Below are positions 61,208-64,000 of a DNA stretch of 64,000 nt, piece after piece; positions within the stretch are counted from its first letter, which is position 1, and each line of letters opens with the position of its first letter. A program made the position numbers and the translations under genes. The DNA comes from Candidatus Nanoarchaeia archaeon (GTDB lineage: Archaea > Nanobdellota > Nanobdellia > Woesearchaeales > ARS49), in assembly GCA_041488275.1 (NCBI GenBank), contig JBGPOY010000003.1:14092-78091 (forward strand), written 5' to 3'. The notes under the pieces are model-generated. The model ran no database searches and was not told the origin of the DNA. It saw only the letters and a list, made by a program, of their open reading frames with translations.

Positions 61208-61360
61208 TTACTTTCCCTTGTGGGACATGTGGTGCCATCCTGAGAGCAGGAACAGCAGGGCAAGAACATACAGGCTCCACAAACTGTTGCCGGAGTACGC
61301 GAAGTACCCTGCAACAATACCGCCGATAATGTTCAGCCATCCACGGCTTTTTGAGTCCAT
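61208..61360 (-). CDS. Possible 50-aa two-helix membrane protein
   Basis: My own translation gives MDSKSRGWLNIIGGIVAGYFAYSGNSLWSLYVLALLFLLSGWHHMSHKGK. SD gaggtga and TATA tttatata lie upstream. Confidence 0.45.
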   Translation of the reverse strand: MDSKSRGWLNIIGGIVAGYFAYSGNSLWSLYVLALLFLLSGWHHMSHKGK

Positions 61361-61445
61361 ATCAAATCACCTCTTTCACTCGTAAAATGATTATTCTGTA
61401 TATAAATTAAAGGGTTTTTTGAGAGGGCGCAGCGAGGAGAGAAAA

Positions 61446-61527
61446 GACGCCACCGCCCGGACAAACACCGAGACCGCTCGGTGAGCCCGTGCGGGGCAAT
61501 GTACTTTATGAGACGCCACCGCCCGGA
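61446..61527 (+). repeat. Two 16-nt copies of the tRNA-Ser(GGA) 3'-end sequence bracketing a 50-nt hairpin-bearing insert
   Basis: gacgccaccgcccgga occurs at 61446-61461 and 61512-61527. The last 14-15 nt equal 63378-63391 inside tRNA-Ser(GGA). The hairpin caccgag-accg-ctcggtg lies at 61466-61483. Confidence 0.8.
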
Positions 61528-61638
61528 GCACTAGCGTTCAACGCAGACGCTTACAGGCTGTGACATGATCTAAGTTCTTGAAAACACCCGTGGATGGGAG
61601 CTTCCAGGTCTACTGAGTTTCACAGACGAGAAGTTCTA

Positions 61639-62301
61639 TTAAAGTCTTTTGGCCAGCTCTTGATACGCGACAGTGATGTATGGCAGAGCGAGATTAACAG
61701 TCTTTAGGGGAACGTTAATCATCGGATTATGCACGCCAGTATCCCCGAGGAATTTGACTCCGTTGAGTTCTTCCGCAGTCTTTGGCATCAAATACGGCTT
61801 TGTACCCACTGGATGGCTGCTTGCCATGCCAATCATCGCACCCAAGCCAAGAAGGTGTCCCTTAGCATTCTTCAGCGTATCGAGCTGTTTGTCTCGTGCG
61901 AAGACGTGGAAGATCAATTTTTCCAAGATTTTCCGCAACAAAAAGGCCGTGCAATCCCCACTCACTCCTGCGTTGTGCTTCAAATCGCGTAATTCCGAAG
62001 GACAAATCTTCTGAAGCACGGGAAGCACGTCATCAGGAATAACATCCTGCACAACAACCACTTTTGGCGGATATCTTTGTGCGTATTGCTCTCTATATTG
62101 CCGCAAGTACTTCGCCCTCTTCAGAGCCATGCGCAAGCTGGACGCTGTCGGATGACAGCCGTCCTTGGAAAGAGCTTCGACAATCTGTTGCCTCACCTTC
62201 TCACTCTTGAAGAAGCCGCCGTGCCAAAGACGCACCAAAGATGTCGGTACCGAGTTACTCTTCATCTTCTTCCTCATCCACGTACGGATGCTTCTGGACA
62301 T
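61639..62301 (-). CDS. Hypothetical protein with N-terminal wHTH-like segment (islet gene)
   Basis: 220 aa. IVEALSKDGCHPTASSLRMALKRAKYL resembles the neighbouring 86-aa protein. Confidence 0.5.
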   Translation of the reverse strand: MSRSIRTWMRKKMKSNSVPTSLVRLWHGGFFKSEKVRQQIVEALSKDGCHPTASSLRMALKRAKYLRQYREQYAQRYPPKVVVVQDVIPDDVLPVLQKICPSELRDLKHNAGVSGDCTAFLLRKILEKLIFHVFARDKQLDTLKNAKGHLLGLGAMIGMASSHPVGTKPYLMPKTAEELNGVKFLGDTGVHNPMINVPLKTVNLALPYITVAYQELAKRL

Positions 62302-62515
62302 ACGCGTATTTACCGGGCTTCCCTTTCCGCGTAAGGAACTTAGCTCTCTGCAGGGCCTTCATCAGCCCTTTGTCCGTGAAGTTATAGCCGTCGGCTTCCA
62401 AGGCCTCCTGTATCTCGCCGACATTCTTCAACTTCAGAAATTTCTTTGCCTTCCACAACATCTTGAGCGCATCGGGTGCTGTTTTCGCAATCGTCATCTT
62501 CGCACGTACCTCCAT
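62255..62515 (-). CDS. Small wHTH-like protein (islet gene)
   Basis: 86 aa. IQEALEADGYNFTDKGLMKALQRAKFL, with an acidic tail. Confidence 0.5.
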   Translation of the reverse strand: MEVRAKMTIAKTAPDALKMLWKAKKFLKLKNVGEIQEALEADGYNFTDKGLMKALQRAKFLTRKGKPGKYAYVQKHPYVDEEEDEE

Positions 62516-62883
62516 AACTTATTTTCCTCCATTCTTCGCAGTTCCTTGCGGCGCGTCAGGCCGAGCAATACTCCTGACAACGTTGTAATCGGTACGAACA
62601 CGCCTCTGGATTCGAGTGTTCGCTTTACGTCAACAATACCGATAGGCTTGTCGAATTCACCGTCGACAAGAAGTTCGCGAACATAATCAGTTACCGAATG
62701 CTTTGATTTTCCTGCTTCCGATTTGTGCGGCTTCGTGCTTGGTTTGCTCGCGGTTTCTTCAACTTCAGGTGCGGCGTACTCGCGCATGATTCTTGCGACT
62801 TCGTCGTGGCTTCCCTCGACGACAATGGTCGTACCGTTCTTTGTTTTAATGTGTGCTTTTACCATGTGATAACCACCAAGCAA
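62494..62883 (-). CDS. Hypothetical protein with C-terminal wHTH-like segment (islet gene)
   Basis: 129 aa. VDVKRTLESRGVFVPITTLSGVLLGLTRRKEL. Confidence 0.45.
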   Translation of the reverse strand: MLGGYHMVKAHIKTKNGTTIVVEGSHDEVARIMREYAAPEVEETASKPSTKPHKSEAGKSKHSVTDYVRELLVDGEFDKPIGIVDVKRTLESRGVFVPITTLSGVLLGLTRRKELRRMEENKLWRYVRR

Positions 62884-62986
62884 TATCGCGATAGTGCGAT
62901 ATAAAAACCTTTCGGATTACGAGGGTCAGCAGCCAAGAATAAAGCTCACGCTAGAAGAATCGCAGCCTTCTCCCCTCAGAAGTGCC

Positions 62987-63214
62987 TTAGATGTTTTCCA
63001 GCACTGCGACTACAACGGCCATCACTAGGCAGATGAAAATGACTGCTGCGATGTCCGCCGACGGTGCTATCGCTTGCGCGAGTTGCCAAAATGCGTCGAG
63101 TATTTGGGTAATTGCCGACATTTCTTGTTGTGTACCTCCTTTAATGTAGACCTGAGCCAAACTCAAGCTAACCAACGCAGCGCTATGGCAGGCTTTTAAC
63201 TGTTGAGAATCCAT
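62987..63214 (-). CDS. Small hypothetical membrane protein (islet gene)
   Basis: 75 aa with a C-terminal TM helix AAVIFICLVMAVVVAVL. Confidence 0.4.
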   Translation of the reverse strand: MDSQQLKACHSAALVSLSLAQVYIKGGTQQEMSAITQILDAFWQLAQAIAPSADIAAVIFICLVMAVVVAVLENI

Positions 63215-63377
63215 GTCCAGTGTCCACTGTCGAGCAGCAAGAATCTCTACCCTGAACGCCGCACCCTGACGTTAGGGTGAAAACAGGCAGAAAAACGTGT
63301 GGCGTCTATGGTTGAGACAGGACGCTCACCGTAGAACTGGACCAAAACGCGTCAGGCGTTTGTGGTTCAAAATAGAA

Positions 63378-63461
63378 CGCCACCGCCCGGATTTGAACCG
63401 GGAAATCCTTGCGGAAACAAGCTTTCCAGGCTTGCGCCTTACCAGGTTGGGCCACGGTGGC
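63378..63461 (-). tRNA. tRNA-Ser(GGA)
   Basis: Acceptor GCCACCG/CGGTGGC, 3-bp D stem, anticodon stem CAAGC/GCTTG with loop CTGGAAA, long variable arm, T arm CCCGG-TTCAAAT-CCGGG. Confidence 0.9.
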
Positions 63462-63561
63462 ATGAATGTCAGTGTGAAATGCACAGGCGCGCCGGCGCCG
63501 TGCACGCTGCCGCTGGCCTAGCCCGAGCGGACTCGGGCGTGGGTCACGGTGGCATGAATGT
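63453..63561 (-). repeat. 17-nt direct repeat of the tRNA-Ser(GGA) 5' end plus leader, bracketing a 75-nt hairpin-bearing insert
   Basis: cacggtggcatgaatgt occurs at 63453-63469 and 63545-63561. The hairpin gcccgag-cgga-ctcgggc lies at 63521-63538, and an imperfect palindrome at 63480-63504. Confidence 0.8.
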
Positions 63562-63572
63562 GTACTGGCAAA

Positions 63573-63646
63573 TGGCGGTGGGGAGATTTGAACTCTCGAC
63601 CTGCGGGTTATGAATCCGCCGCTCTACCAGGCTGAGCTACACCGCC
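63573..63646 (-). tRNA. tRNA with CAT anticodon (elongator Met or Ile2 type)
   Basis: Acceptor GGCGGTG/CACCGCC, D arm GCTC/GAGC, loop TTCATAA. There are two A:C mismatches, at 31:39 and 50:64. TATA ctttttaaag lies about 25 nt upstream. Confidence 0.75.
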
Positions 63647-63708
63647 GAGAGAACGCTCTCGAAGGTGCTTTAAAAAGCTTATTATAGAAGTGACAATAGG
63701 ATTCCCGC

Positions 63709-64000
63709 ATGGCAATGCCGAAAGAAGGCGATCCCGCACCGGCGTTTGAGGCGCAGGACCAGAACGGTAAACTGCATTCGTTGAAGCAATACCGCGGCAA
63801 AAAGGTCGTGCTCTACTTCTATCCCAAGGACATGACGACCGGATGCACCGTTGAAGCGTGCCAGTTCCGCGACCGCAAGGCGGACATCGCGAAAGAGGGA
63901 GCCGTTGTCTTGGGTGTGAGCGCGGATTCGGTCGCGAATCACAAGAAATTCGAGGCAAAAGAGAAACTGAACTTCACGTTACTGAGCGACCCCAAGAAAG
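63709..64000 (+). CDS. bcp: Peroxiredoxin Bcp-type (3'-truncated by the window end)
   Basis: My own translation gives MAMPKEGDPAPAFEAQDQNGKLHSLKQYRGKKVVLYFYPKDMTTGCTVEAC..., containing the PxxxTxxC peroxidatic motif. TATA ttattatag lies about 20 nt upstream. Confidence 0.8.
   Translation, partial: MAMPKEGDPAPAFEAQDQNGKLHSLKQYRGKKVVLYFYPKDMTTGCTVEACQFRDRKADIAKEGAVVLGVSADSVANHKKFEAKEKLNFTLLSDPKK

Larger units (their letters stand above)
61528..63377 (-). mobile_element. Putative integrated-element remnant (~1.85 kb) at tRNA-Ser(GGA), with no integrase
   Basis: Bounded by the tRNA 3' end (63378-63391) and its direct repeat (61514-61527). Visibly lower GC. Contains four small ORFs, including paralogous wHTH-like proteins. 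Confidence 0.45.

Noticed and set aside
61528-63377. Calling an integrase, transposase or viral capsid gene in the tRNA-Ser islet.
   Set aside because: None of the four ORFs shows recombinase (R..HxxR..Y) or DDE motifs, or any capsid-like features that I can recognise. The element is therefore called only a putative remnant.
63453-63561. Interpreting the duplicated tRNA-Ser 5' ends as exon boundaries of a non-canonical 5'-proximal tRNA intron, or as a split or permuted tRNA.
   Set aside because: I could not build a bulge-helix-bulge motif across the putative junctions. For Ser-CGA there is no complementarity between them. The downstream copy already gives a complete, colinear tRNA. This is not fully excluded and needs RNA data.
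1-64000. CRISPR array search.
   Set aside because: All the repeat families found are dispersed single copies or simple pairs. None shows regularly spaced identical repeats with unique spacers, and no cas genes are seen.

Overview
This is an archaeal chromosomal window. It looks GC-rich by eye, with archaeal BRE/TATA promoters and a mix of Shine-Dalgarno-led and apparently leaderless genes. The lineage cannot be assigned from sequence alone.

Core information-processing blocks:
- rpoH, split rpoB''/rpoB', split rpoA'/rpoA'', L30e, nusA, S12 and S7 (8963-18299).
- L7Ae, S28e, L24e, ndk and EF-2 (40438-44131).
- EF-1alpha and S10 (46232-47899).

Other recognisable content:
- A complete suf Fe-S assembly operon with two cysteine desulfurases (48915-55884).
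- DNA repair genes: Ogg2-like glycosylase, Rad50, DinB plus NreA, and an AlkD-like protein.
- A Vps4/CdvC-like ATPase.
- Several signal-peptide surface proteins, a type IV pilin-like protein and an A24 prepilin peptidase.
- A CcdA thiol-redox operon and tandem HIT proteins.
- A PAS histidine kinase with a response regulator.
- Eight tRNA genes: Tyr (with intron), Asp, Lys, Ser-CGA, Glu, Ser-GGA, Met/CAT.
- A 3'-truncated bcp peroxiredoxin at the window end.

The most unusual signals are non-genic:
1. A family of 43-77 nt hairpin-bearing mini-inserts, each bracketed by 12-18 nt duplications of tRNA gene termini. There are four loci. One also delimits a ~1.85 kb lower-GC islet at tRNA-Ser(GGA).
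2. A dispersed ~70 nt palindromic repeat family with five intergenic copies, one nested inside 21-bp terminal inverted repeats.
3. A ~110 nt structured element in two copies, one after rps7 and one before the tuf promoter, with compensatory hairpin changes.
4. Two tRNAs followed after a single nucleotide by an ATG, in a mixed tRNA/mRNA transcription unit.
5. A D'/C' K-loop motif in the L7Ae leader.

Protein-level oddities:
- A bacterial-type beta-barrel-like protein ending in ...GFSLRF.
- An uncharacterised cluster of 532-aa, 203-aa and 632-aa (split TIM barrel) proteins.
- HIT and cis-prenyltransferase paralogs that lack their catalytic residues.

I saw no CRISPR array, rRNA gene, integrase or transposase.
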